Program-made: the position numbers and the translations under genes
Shown: piece after piece, positions 20,551 through 28,799 of the stretch
How positions within the stretch are numbered: the stretch's first letter is position 1
How the letters are laid out: every line of letters starts with the position of its first letter
DNA from: a virus
Taxonomy: Duplodnaviria > Caudoviricetes
Reading direction: 5' to 3' (one strand)
IMG/VR virus record: IMGVR_UViG_3300050343_000089
Span: 1,679-65,678 of that record
DNA: 64,000 bases
The notes under the pieces: generated by a model
Seen by the model: only the letters and a program-made list of their open reading frames with translations
Database searches by the model: none
What the model was told of the DNA's origin: nothing

Positions 20551-21380
20551 AGATAGAATCACTAAAGAACTTTACAGCAGAAAGGAAGGGACAAGCACTT
20601 ATCTATAAAGACATACCTAATGAGGATTATCATGCAGGTGTAGGTATAAGCAGTAGTTATATTAGAAGATTTGGTCAGTCACAATTACATGCTGTAGAGC
20701 ATAAACAAGAAAGCACACCAGCACTAAAGTTTGGGACAGCAGCACATTCTTTGATTGTAGAAGGCAGAGAGGCTTTTGATAAAGAAGTAAAGGTTGTTAG
20801 TGGCTCTCCATATACAAAAGCCTACAAAGAAGAGAAGGCTGATTATGAAGATCAAGGCTATATAGTATTAAAAGAAGCAGAATTAGAACTGCTAGAAAGC
20901 ATGAAGGCAAATATGATTTACGAAGGTAATGCCTACTTAAATGCTAAAGGCAAAGTTGCAGAAGCAAGTATCTACTGGTATGAAGATGACATTCTTTGTA
21001 AGTGTAGACCTGATTTATTGTGCCCACCTTTAAGTGAACCTAATTCAGACAGCAAGATAATTATAGTAGATTACAAGACCACTATATCTTGCGAACCTTA
21101 TGCCTTTAATAAATCAGTTAGAAAGTATGGATATGATATGCAGGCGGCATGGTATAGAAGAGGTTTAGAGTCAGCAGGATATAGCGTAGATGGTTTTGTA
21201 TTTATAGCTCAGGAGAAAGTTCATCCTTATGCTTCTAAGGTATTTAGAATAACTAAAGAGCAAATTGATTATGGGTGGACAATAATGGAGAGATATTTAG
21301 AAGAGTACAAGGAGTATCAACAAGGTAAGCCTCTAAGTATCTATAACAGTCCTAATATTGTTGATTTGGTTTTTGAGTAA
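20547..21380 (+). CDS. RecE/exonuclease VIII-like PD-(D/E)XK nuclease (DUF3799-like)
   Basis: NEDYHA..ISSS, FGTAAH, CKCRPD, IVDYKTT, YDMQAAWY. Confidence 0.85.
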   Translation: MKIESLKNFTAERKGQALIYKDIPNEDYHAGVGISSSYIRRFGQSQLHAVEHKQESTPALKFGTAAHSLIVEGREAFDKEVKVVSGSPYTKAYKEEKADYEDQGYIVLKEAELELLESMKANMIYEGNAYLNAKGKVAEASIYWYEDDILCKCRPDLLCPPLSEPNSDSKIIIVDYKTTISCEPYAFNKSVRKYGYDMQAAWYRRGLESAGYSVDGFVFIAQEKVHPYASKVFRITKEQIDYGWTIMERYLEEYKEYQQGKPLSIYNSPNIVDLVFE

Positions 21381-21524
21381 GGGCAAATAGATAATGAGAG
21401 TATTTAGATTTATGGAGAGTTTATCAATTGCCCTTAACAAGATTATAGGACATGAAACGGATATAAACACAAAAGAAGTGGTAAAAATCTTAAATTAATA
21501 TTAATATAAAAAAGGAGAGTTTGA

Positions 21525-21683
21525 ATGGATGAGAAGACAAAAAAAGCACTATGGATATCTGAGGACTTGCATAAAGAGATCAAGATATTCGCAATACAAA
21601 ATAACATGACTATTGAGTCTGCTTCGCAGATGGTTTTAAAACTAGGCATGTGCTCATATAAGGATAGCAATGGGTCAAAATAG
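21525..21683 (+). CDS. Ribbon-helix-helix-like small DNA-binding protein (52 aa)
   Basis: MDEKTKKALWISEDLHKEIKIFAIQNNMTIESASQMVLKLG; AAGGAG RBS; conserved at 55406-55564. Confidence 0.6.
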   Translation: MDEKTKKALWISEDLHKEIKIFAIQNNMTIESASQMVLKLGMCSYKDSNGSK

Positions 21684-21834
21684 CAAAGCAGTAGCTAAGA
21701 GAAGAGAAGAGTTAAAGACTGAAAAGTTAGATAAGCAAATTGCTTATTACTATTTCCAAAAGGGAGCTGGTAGTCATTACAGAGAAATACAATACCAAAG
21801 TGGAAGGGTTGTAAGGACTGATTTCAATGCTTGA
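21670..21834 (+). CDS. Small hypothetical protein (MGQNSKAVAKRRE...)
   Basis: Overlapping coupling; conserved in copy B. Confidence 0.55.
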   Translation: MGQNSKAVAKRREELKTEKLDKQIAYYYFQKGAGSHYREIQYQSGRVVRTDFNA

Positions 21835-21934
21835 CTGGATTCTATATATAGTTGGTGGTTTTGTTGGCTTGTTAGCAATAGCTACAATAATAAGCGTAGT
21901 AGCTGCAATTTACATACTTAATAAGCTAGATTAA
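21827..21934 (+). CDS. 35-aa membrane peptide (MLDWILYIVGGFVGLLAIATIISVVAAIYILNKLD)
   Basis: Hydrophobic ORF with TAATG coupling; mostly synonymous changes in copy B. Confidence 0.65.
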   Translation: MLDWILYIVGGFVGLLAIATIISVVAAIYILNKLD

Positions 21935-22356
21935 TGGTAAACAGTAGAAACAAAGGAGCAGCATTTGAGAGAGTTATATGTAACAAACTTAATACTGTCC
22001 TTGAATCTAAAGGTATTGATACTAGGGTTAAAAGAAACCTTGACCAGTATCAAACAAAAGGCATGGCTGATATATATTTTGATAAGTTCGCTATCGAATG
22101 TAAAAGATATAAAGCTAGTGCTAAGAAATCAATGTATAAGAATGAATGGTGGAAACAAGCAGTTGAGAGTGCTGGTGATAACCTAATTCCTATACTAATT
22201 TATAAATATGACAGGAAGCAAATAATGTGTGTGATTCCTTTGTTTTTGGTTACGTCAGTTGATACGCCAAACTGGGAATGTACTTACCTCTGCCCACTGT
22301 CAGAAATATGTGAAAATTTAGATGAAATCTTACAAAAAGCAAATGGACTTAAATAG
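21934..22356 (+). CDS. Holliday junction resolvase (Hjc-like PD-(D/E)XK)
   Basis: NSRNKGAAFER...AD...IECKR...WWKQA. Confidence 0.8.
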   Translation: MVNSRNKGAAFERVICNKLNTVLESKGIDTRVKRNLDQYQTKGMADIYFDKFAIECKRYKASAKKSMYKNEWWKQAVESAGDNLIPILIYKYDRKQIMCVIPLFLVTSVDTPNWECTYLCPLSEICENLDEILQKANGLK

Positions 22357-22531
22357 CTATTTGCTTCAAGAAGATTTTGAAGAGTTTTGTAGGAAGGCCT
22401 ATGAAAGAATCCAAGTTGCGTGTGATGTCTTTGGTATCACAAATGATGAGGATTATTATAGTTTTAAGGAAAGGAATTACACTAGACTTGAAGCTGATTA
22501 TTTAAACAGTATTGAAAGAACAATACATTAA
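22343..22531 (+). CDS. Hypothetical protein (MDLNSYLLQEDFEEF...)
   Basis: Conserved in copy B with synonymous changes. Confidence 0.6.
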   Translation: MDLNSYLLQEDFEEFCRKAYERIQVACDVFGITNDEDYYSFKERNYTRLEADYLNSIERTIH

Positions 22532-22546
22532 CTCTAGGAGAGTATT

Positions 22547-23161
22547 ATGGATATATTAGGAGGAATGAGCAATTCCACTGAAGGACAGCAAGTTTATCTT
22601 GCTTTTAAAACTGCTGATCAACAATTTTTTGTTAATGGCAAAACACCAATTGATTTTAAATACTTGCAGTTAGACCCTGCAACATTTAGAAGTGGTTGGG
22701 GTAGATATAATGGAGAGTACCAATATGTATGGGATGATAAGTTTGGTAATGCAAACGACAAACCAGCAGATGATTGGAAGAGGGCGTTTAGCTGTTGCGT
22801 TATGCCACATGGACATGACCATGCATTAATATGGAGTAGATACACTTTTGCTGAATCTAGTGCTTTCAATAAGATACTAAGTAGCTTTTGGAATCAAATG
22901 GATGCAAATAGTGATTCACTACCTGTTGTTGAGTATAAAGGCTCAAAAGAAATACAGGTTGGAGTAGGTAGATCGTCAGAGCTAACTTTTGAGTTCTCTA
23001 AGTTTGCACCTAGATTTGCTAACTTTGAAATACCTGCTCACTATGGCAAAGAAGACGAGGAAGTAGAAGATACTTTTAAGAGTCCTAATGATGGTCTTGC
23101 AGAAAAAGTGCAAGAGATGGTCGATAAGAATGAATTATCAGATGACGATATTCCTTTTTAG
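22547..23161 (+). CDS. ssDNA-binding protein-like
   Basis: Acidic DDDIPF SSB-type C-terminal tail; directly upstream of primase-helicase. Confidence 0.65.
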   Translation: MDILGGMSNSTEGQQVYLAFKTADQQFFVNGKTPIDFKYLQLDPATFRSGWGRYNGEYQYVWDDKFGNANDKPADDWKRAFSCCVMPHGHDHALIWSRYTFAESSAFNKILSSFWNQMDANSDSLPVVEYKGSKEIQVGVGRSSELTFEFSKFAPRFANFEIPAHYGKEDEEVEDTFKSPNDGLAEKVQEMVDKNELSDDDIPF

Positions 23162-25138
23162 ATGGAACATATTGATTGGCAAAGAATAGCTCCTGATGTT
23201 GCAAAGCAACTACTAGGAGAACCTACTAGCACCTCATCTAAGGAATTTAGATGGGGTCGCAAGGGGAGTATGTGTCTTAACCTTACAGATGGTACATTTT
23301 ATGATCACGAAGCAGGAGTCGGTGGGGGAGTAATAGATTTAATAAAACATCTAAATCAAGATGTGAATACAGTTTTAAAACAGTTTGGTCATGACTTAGC
23401 ATTACATTCAAATGACTCCTTAATCAGTGGCTTCAGTGATTCCCCTGTCACTAAGCCTAAAGGTAATGCTAGGTCATTCTCTAGGGAGCAAATGGTTGAC
23501 TTGTATAGACAAGCAATTGTTAAGTTAAAGTATGCTGATAATTTTATGGTTCTCAGGTTTCCTGAAGGTCATGCAATTAAACAGAAGTATGCTCCCTTTA
23601 CTCTAGGTATTGATGGTACATGGTCTTTAAAACGCCCTGACAGTCCGCTTATGCCTATTTATCATACAAATGATTGTCCTGATAAGCCTATTGTCATTAA
23701 TGAAGGAGAGAAAGCCTGTAAGGGTTGTGAGAGCATTGTTAAAGGCAAATTAGATTCATGTACTTGGCATGGTGGTGTTAATAGCTGGAAGAAGGCTGAC
23801 TGGACACCTATATTGCATAGAGAAGTGTGGATATTTCCTGACAATGATAAGGCTGGTAAAGATTGTGCTGATGAGATAGCAGAGCATTTAAGAAAAGAGG
23901 GATGCAGAAGAGTTAAGATAATACAACCACCAAAAGATTTTAAAGAGAAGGATGATTTATTTGATGCACACGAATCAGGTTATTTCGCATCATGTGATGA
24001 TTTTATTAGCTTTGTTAATAATCAAAAGGAGAAGCTACCTAAAGGTGCTTTGAGGTTTGAGAGAGCTGACTTTGTATTATCCCAAGTATCTAATCCTGAC
24101 TGGCTTATAACTGATGTCTTTGAACGCAATAGACTAATAACAGTCTTTGGAGAACCAAAATCAGGCAAATCGTTTATATCTATTGCTATGGCATGTGCTG
24201 TAGCGAGAGGTGATGAGTTCTATGGACATGCTGCTAAAAAAGCACCTGTAGTCTATCTTGCAGGGGAGGGAGTTGCAGGAATTCGTAGGAGGTTGGCCGC
24301 ATATAACCAAAGTGAGTATGGTGGTAGTTTAGTCGGAGCACCTTTATTTCTATCTAATAGAGGCTCAAGAATTAATGAACCTGAAGAATACCAAAAGCTA
24401 GAAGATGAGATTAATTTGCTCAAACAAGACTTAGGGCAAATCGGTTTAATTATCTTTGATACCTTTCAGCGTAACTTCTCAGGAGATGAAAATTCTGCTC
24501 AAGAGGTCAATAAATTTGTTAAAGCCGCAGATCAGTTGATACATGACTTTGATTGTACTGTATTGCTTGTACATCATACTGGAAGAGGTAATAAAGGAAG
24601 AGCTAGGGGTAGTTCTGTTCTTGATGCTTCTATTGATGGAGAGTTCTTGGTAGAGAGAAAAGGTACTAAGCCTGATGATGATAACTCTATGCTAGTTACT
24701 ATGAAGCAGACTAAGAACAAAGATGGTATGGGTATGGCAGAGAAGAAGTTTGAATTCCATGAAGAGACTTTGATTGGCGAAGGTCTTGATGTTACTTCAG
24801 GACTGCTTATTGAGACAGATGTTGATATTAAAACTAACAAGGATATAGAAAAAGATGTTGATATTAAGATAGCAGATAAAATGTATTCACTATCTATGGC
24901 AATAGCTAAAAGTGATAACTGTAAACCTGAAGATGTATGGTTCACATACACAACATTTAATAGTGATTTAAAGGGAGTACATCATCTAAAAAATGCAAAA
25001 GATGAGCCTTATGCAAAATACACAGTCGATAATTCACTAAGAAGAATGGAAAAGCTAGGAGTAGTAGAAAAAAATCCAAAAGGAAATGGCTATAGGCTGG
25101 TAGATGCTGATTTTACAAGGTTTAACAAGGGTGTGTAA
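23162..25138 (+). CDS. Primase-helicase (TOPRIM plus AAA_25/RepA-type SF4 helicase)
   Basis: EGEKA...FPDNDKAG TOPRIM; GEPKSGKS Walker A; LIIFDT; VHHTG...RARGSS. Confidence 0.9.
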   Translation: MEHIDWQRIAPDVAKQLLGEPTSTSSKEFRWGRKGSMCLNLTDGTFYDHEAGVGGGVIDLIKHLNQDVNTVLKQFGHDLALHSNDSLISGFSDSPVTKPKGNARSFSREQMVDLYRQAIVKLKYADNFMVLRFPEGHAIKQKYAPFTLGIDGTWSLKRPDSPLMPIYHTNDCPDKPIVINEGEKACKGCESIVKGKLDSCTWHGGVNSWKKADWTPILHREVWIFPDNDKAGKDCADEIAEHLRKEGCRRVKIIQPPKDFKEKDDLFDAHESGYFASCDDFISFVNNQKEKLPKGALRFERADFVLSQVSNPDWLITDVFERNRLITVFGEPKSGKSFISIAMACAVARGDEFYGHAAKKAPVVYLAGEGVAGIRRRLAAYNQSEYGGSLVGAPLFLSNRGSRINEPEEYQKLEDEINLLKQDLGQIGLIIFDTFQRNFSGDENSAQEVNKFVKAADQLIHDFDCTVLLVHHTGRGNKGRARGSSVLDASIDGEFLVERKGTKPDDDNSMLVTMKQTKNKDGMGMAEKKFEFHEETLIGEGLDVTSGLLIETDVDIKTNKDIEKDVDIKIADKMYSLSMAIAKSDNCKPEDVWFTYTTFNSDLKGVHHLKNAKDEPYAKYTVDNSLRRMEKLGVVEKNPKGNGYRLVDADFTRFNKGV

Positions 25139-25230
25139 ATAAAGTGTGTAAACTGTGTAACTGTGTAAGATACATTATATTAGTGTGTAGAGTGTGTAGT
25201 AGTCCATAGGACTACACACTTACACATTAT
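25131..25230. repeat. TGTGTA short repeats plus inverted repeat, candidate replication origin
   Basis: Six TGTGTA direct copies, then gtagtcc-ata-ggactac hairpin and TACACA inverted copies; conserved at 59013-59112. Confidence 0.5.
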
Positions 25231-25255
25231 TATGTATAGCACAAAGGAATAGTAT

Positions 25256-25750
25256 ATGAGTAATTATTATGATGAGGCTTTAAAAGATAAACTTAAACAA
25301 TTAAGAATCTGTGAAGCAGAGGCTAATGTTAAATGGGGTAACTGGAAGCGTATCTATAAAATGGTAGGCGTAGACTTTGAGATTAAGTTTTTAAAAGCAG
25401 AGCAGATATTAAAAACATCTTTGCAGAAAGATACGATCAAAAAGCAAATCAGTATGGTTGATATGATGATTAGAGCCTATGAACAACTAAACATCAAATG
25501 TGAGCAAAGTGGTTACATTATGATTCAACCAAGTGCTAAGTGTTTTACCTTCGATCAGAAAACTGCATTGATATGTGATACTGATGATGAAAAGCCAGTA
25601 TTAGAACTTATACACAAAGATGAGAAGGATATTATGATATTTAGCATAGAAGAATTGCTTAGGTGTATACCGCAAGATTTTATGAGAGCAAAAGAGATAC
25701 TAAGCAAATTAGATAAATCTGTAAATTTTCAGAGAATAGATTATGTCTAG
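25256..25750 (+). CDS. Hypothetical protein
   Basis: AAGGA RBS; identical protein at 59138-59632. Confidence 0.75.
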   Translation: MSNYYDEALKDKLKQLRICEAEANVKWGNWKRIYKMVGVDFEIKFLKAEQILKTSLQKDTIKKQISMVDMMIRAYEQLNIKCEQSGYIMIQPSAKCFTFDQKTALICDTDDEKPVLELIHKDEKDIMIFSIEELLRCIPQDFMRAKEILSKLDKSVNFQRIDYV

Positions 25751-26000
25751 TTGGCATGGTGGAAAAGGCTCTTCGCGTAGAAAAGAAGATAAAAAGAAAA
25801 TAGATGCAAATTGGGATTTGATATTTAACAAAAAGGAGAAAACTATGAATTGTTGGTATTGTGGAACTGGACTTGTATGGGGTGGAGATCACGACATAGC
25901 AGATGAGAATGAAGAATATGATATGGTTACGAACCTATCTTGTCCTGACTGTAAGGCTTATGTTGAGGTTTATATGCCTAAAGGAGATGCAAATGACTGA
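25743..26000 (+). CDS. Small protein with GKGS..RR/NWD.IF peptide and C-terminal CxxC...CxxC zinc ribbon (internal start at 25845)
   Basis: CWYC...CPDC; internal AAGGAG RBS before MNCWYC. Confidence 0.6.
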   Translation: MSSWHGGKGSSRRKEDKKKIDANWDLIFNKKEKTMNCWYCGTGLVWGGDHDIADENEEYDMVTNLSCPDCKAYVEVYMPKGDAND

Positions 26001-26211
26001 TTTAGTAAATAAACCCCCTCATTACAATAAAGGCAAATTTGAATGTATAGACTACATAAAGCAACAGTTAGGTGCAAATTTCCCTGCATATCTTGAAGGT
26101 AACGCTATAAAGTATCTACATAGGCACAAATATAAAGACTCTAACATTCAAGACTTAGAGAAAAGTATTTGGTATATTAATAAATTAAAAGAACATTATG
26201 AGAACCTATAA
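25993..26211 (+). CDS. DUF3310 family protein
   Basis: VNKPPHY...ECID...GNAIKY..R...QDLEKSIWYI. Confidence 0.85.
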   Translation: MTDLVNKPPHYNKGKFECIDYIKQQLGANFPAYLEGNAIKYLHRHKYKDSNIQDLEKSIWYINKLKEHYENL

Positions 26212-26381
26212 TGAGCAATAAACCGCAAATTGATGTTTCGCAATTAAAAAGGCAAATCGATAAAGGCAAATCACTAAACGAGGTGGTCATGTCTCTTGGT
26301 AAAAGCAAATCGACTATTTTAAAAGTTGCTAACGAGAATGGTTTAAAGTTTGATAAAAAGTCTCATTGGGCAAATTTATGA
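26211..26381 (+). CDS. Small helix-turn-helix-like protein (56 aa)
   Basis: KGKSLNEVVMSLGKSKSTILKVA; conserved at 60108-60278. Confidence 0.6.
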   Translation: MSNKPQIDVSQLKRQIDKGKSLNEVVMSLGKSKSTILKVANENGLKFDKKSHWANL

Positions 26382-26692
26382 ATATATCTTTAGATTATGA
26401 TGATACATATTCTTTAGACCCTAAAACTTGGGATAAAATAATTGATATACTACAAAAGGCAAATCACAATGTTTTTTGTGTAACAAAGAGATATGAATCT
26501 ATAGCAGATGATATAAAAGAATCTTTAGACATACCTATAGTTTTTGTACCTAAAGGCAAATCTAAGTCTGCTGAAGTAAGGGACAGAGGTTTAAAGATAG
26601 ATGTTTGGATTGATGACAAGCCTTTATCAATAACTGGTAGAAATGTAAGTCAAGGCAAATTTCATAGAAAACATTTTTTTGGGCAAATTTAA
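26378..26692 (+). CDS. Small HAD-superfamily phosphatase-like protein (copy A only)
   Basis: LDYDDT motif I, VTKR, VWIDD motif IV. Confidence 0.75.
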   Translation: MNISLDYDDTYSLDPKTWDKIIDILQKANHNVFCVTKRYESIADDIKESLDIPIVFVPKGKSKSAEVRDRGLKIDVWIDDKPLSITGRNVSQGKFHRKHFFGQI

Positions 26693-26722
26693 CATTGAGG
26701 CAAATTTAGGTTTAAGGCAAAT

Positions 26723-27379
26723 ATGGATATACAAGTAAAAACTGATCTCAAACAACTGCAAAAAAAGCTAGATATTCTTCGTGACAAAACATTCAACAAA
26801 GTTATGAGCGAAGGAATAAACTTTACAGCAGAGAGAGTTGTCAATGCACAAAGGCAAATGTTGGTAAAAAAACTACATAGACCAAAACCATTTTCAGTTA
26901 AATCTATAATAATGTCACAATTTGCTAAGCCTAGTAAAACACGATTAAAAGCAACTGTAAGGGTTAAAGATAAGTCCGCGTCTTATTTGTATTACATTTA
27001 TACAGGAGATATTGAACCTGCTAGAAGAGAGGCTTATGCTTCACCAACAAACGAAGGCAGAACAAAAGCAAACCAATATGGAAATATTGTTACCAAAAAA
27101 GGACTTATAAAAAAAATAGATGCAACAGACAAAAGCAACAGAAAAGGCTCACGTTTTGTTGGTGTACCTAAAGGTAAAGGCTCTAAAGTTTATGGTGTAT
27201 GGGAGAGACAGGGTAAGAAGGGTAGAGAAGGCTTAAACCTTCTTGTTGCCTATACTCCCTTTATTAGGCATAGAAAGTTTATTGATTGGTTTAAGTTGAG
27301 TCATAAGGTAGTGAAGAATAATCTTTATAAAGAGATCAATAAGCAAATGATTAAAAGGGTTAAGAGGGTAATGAGATAA
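26723..27379 (+). CDS. Basic tail-completion-like protein (gpZ/HK97 gp10-like), displaced from the tail module
   Basis: Very basic; INFTAERV, HRPKPF, GVWER pattern; divergent homologue at 60337-61023. Confidence 0.5.
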   Translation: MDIQVKTDLKQLQKKLDILRDKTFNKVMSEGINFTAERVVNAQRQMLVKKLHRPKPFSVKSIIMSQFAKPSKTRLKATVRVKDKSASYLYYIYTGDIEPARREAYASPTNEGRTKANQYGNIVTKKGLIKKIDATDKSNRKGSRFVGVPKGKGSKVYGVWERQGKKGREGLNLLVAYTPFIRHRKFIDWFKLSHKVVKNNLYKEINKQMIKRVKRVMR

Positions 27380-27425
27380 AGGCAAATTTACCTTAGAGGC
27401 AAATTTACCTTTACTGCAAATTTAA

Positions 27426-27653
27426 TTAATTACTATACAACAAACAAGATTGTATAAATAATGAATCCGCCTCATCATAGTTTTTAAAATATGCAATATC
27501 AGAATAAATACCGCTTTTTCTTTTCGGCTCATATTTATCACCTTCATATTTAAGGATATCAACATAATATTTTTTGCCTTTTTGTTTTAAAAGAACATAA
27601 GGTTTTTTAGTTTTAAAATGTGTTACCCTGCTTTGCAATAATACTTTTTTCAT
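27426..27653 (-). CDS. Early mini-gene (MKKVLLQSRV...), last cassette, copy A only
   Basis: Starts at an AAGGAGCAAGACTAATG junction. Confidence 0.65.
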   Translation of the reverse strand: MKKVLLQSRVTHFKTKKPYVLLKQKGKKYYVDILKYEGDKYEPKRKSGIYSDIAYFKNYDEADSLFIQSCLLYSN

Positions 27654-27871
27654 TAGTCTTGCTCCTTGCAATCAATACAAATAAATTCTTCACAATCTGA
27701 ATTCCAAACATACTGTAAACAACTATCACAACAAGTATGCTCAGGTTGACTTGCATTAAATTCTTGTTCAAATTCTTCATCATTCAAAGAATTATCTATA
27801 TTTATAAATGGGTGATTATTATTAGAATGTAATGTTCTTATTTGTTTAAATGTAAATTTTTCTATATTCAT
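27653..27871 (-). CDS. Early mini-gene, Cys-rich, ends KEQD
   Basis: Bounded on both sides by the junction motif. Confidence 0.7.
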   Translation of the reverse strand: MNIEKFTFKQIRTLHSNNNHPFINIDNSLNDEEFEQEFNASQPEHTCCDSCLQYVWNSDCEEFICIDCKEQD

Positions 27872-28059
27872 TAGTCTTGCTCCTTCTTATATGCACACAC
27901 AACAAAGTTATAACCCTCTGCCTCTGTATCTAAATCTAACAAATCAGTAAGCGTATCCAATACATTTACTTTATGTGATTCAGCATAATCAACACCAAAC
28001 CACACACCGTCAGGAACTATAGTCCACCCATTCTTTTTAAGTTCTTGTTTAGTTATCAT
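27871..28059 (-). CDS. Early mini-gene MITKQELKKNGW..., ends KEQD
   Basis: AAGGAG RBS; same protein at 61556-61744. Confidence 0.75.
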   Translation of the reverse strand: MITKQELKKNGWTIVPDGVWFGVDYAESHKVNVLDTLTDLLDLDTEAEGYNFVVCAYKKEQD

Positions 28060-28095
28060 GTTATTTAACTCCTTAATTTTATTTAACATACACCT

Positions 28096-28124
28096 ATGAT
28101 ATATAAATATATATTTATATGCAA
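28096..28124 (-). promoter_or_regulatory. Leftward sigma70-type promoter TTGCAT-N17-TATCAT with the 20-bp palindrome ATATAAATATATATTTATAT
   Basis: Read directly; palindrome at 28101-28120. Confidence 0.7.
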
Positions 28125-28131
28125 TAGTTAA

Positions 28132-28330
28132 ATGCAAATTTATATTTAAGGCAAATTTAAGATCAAGGCAAATACTGTTTTGATGCAAATTTAGTATCAA
28201 GGCAAATACTGTTTTGATGCAAATTTAGTATCAAGGCAAATTTAGTATCAAGGCAAATTTAGTATCAAGGCAAATTTATTTTTCATAAAAGGCAAATTTA
28301 TTTTTCATAAAAAAAGGCAAATTTATTTTT
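28132..28330 (+). repeat. Tandem array of (AG)GCAAAT units (11 cores; first nine at 17-bp period)
   Basis: AAGGCAAATTTAGTATC units followed by longer A/T-tract units. Confidence 0.95.
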
Positions 28331-28517
28331 GACAAAAAACATCAAAATTTTTTTTGGACAAAAAAAACAAAGACCAACAACAAAAACACCACAAGACATT
28401 CTAAGCCTCTACATTACAATATAAATATATATAGGTAGTAATGCATTACTTTAATATAAAAACACCGCATAAAGGCTTAGAGGCTCTCTTATATAAAGAT
28501 TTATTTATTAAGGGCAT

Positions 28518-28547
28518 AAAAAAAGGCGGTAATAATACCGCCCTTTA
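28518..28547 (-). terminator. Intrinsic terminator of the distal leftward operon
   Basis: ggcggta-ataa-taccgcc stem with A7 on its left (U7 in the leftward transcript); same at 62391-62420. Confidence 0.8.
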
Positions 28548-28564
28548 TTGGTTAGGTTTAGTTA

Positions 28565-28799
28565 TTAGTCTTCTTCTTTATGCTCCCAATATGTCCAATA
28601 ATAGGCTTCAGAATGTCCATTCATGCTTATAATCTTCTTTAGCTTCTCTTTAATCCATCTTTTCCTAATATTTGCTCTACACATTTAACAGAGCAAACAG
28701 ATTCAGAATCGCCAACAATAAACACGCCTGTTTGTTGGTTAGCTTGTCAATTGTTTTATTACAAGATTCACAAGCTACATTCCATGTTTCAAAACTCAT
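28565..28799 (-). CDS. Early mini-gene MSFETWNVACESC..., frameshifted in copy A
   Basis: Homologous to the intact ORF 62438-62671. Confidence 0.6.

Noticed and set aside
912-25892. Minus-strand ORFs overlapping structural and replication genes (e.g. 2528-2923, 9871-10215, 24574-24951)
   Set aside because: Antisense shadows of well-supported plus-strand genes with no RBS or motifs
27871-28200. Long N-terminal extension of the ORF as given in the track (also 61556-61858)
   Set aside because: It runs through the promoter and repeat array; the SD-supported start is 28059 (61744 in B)
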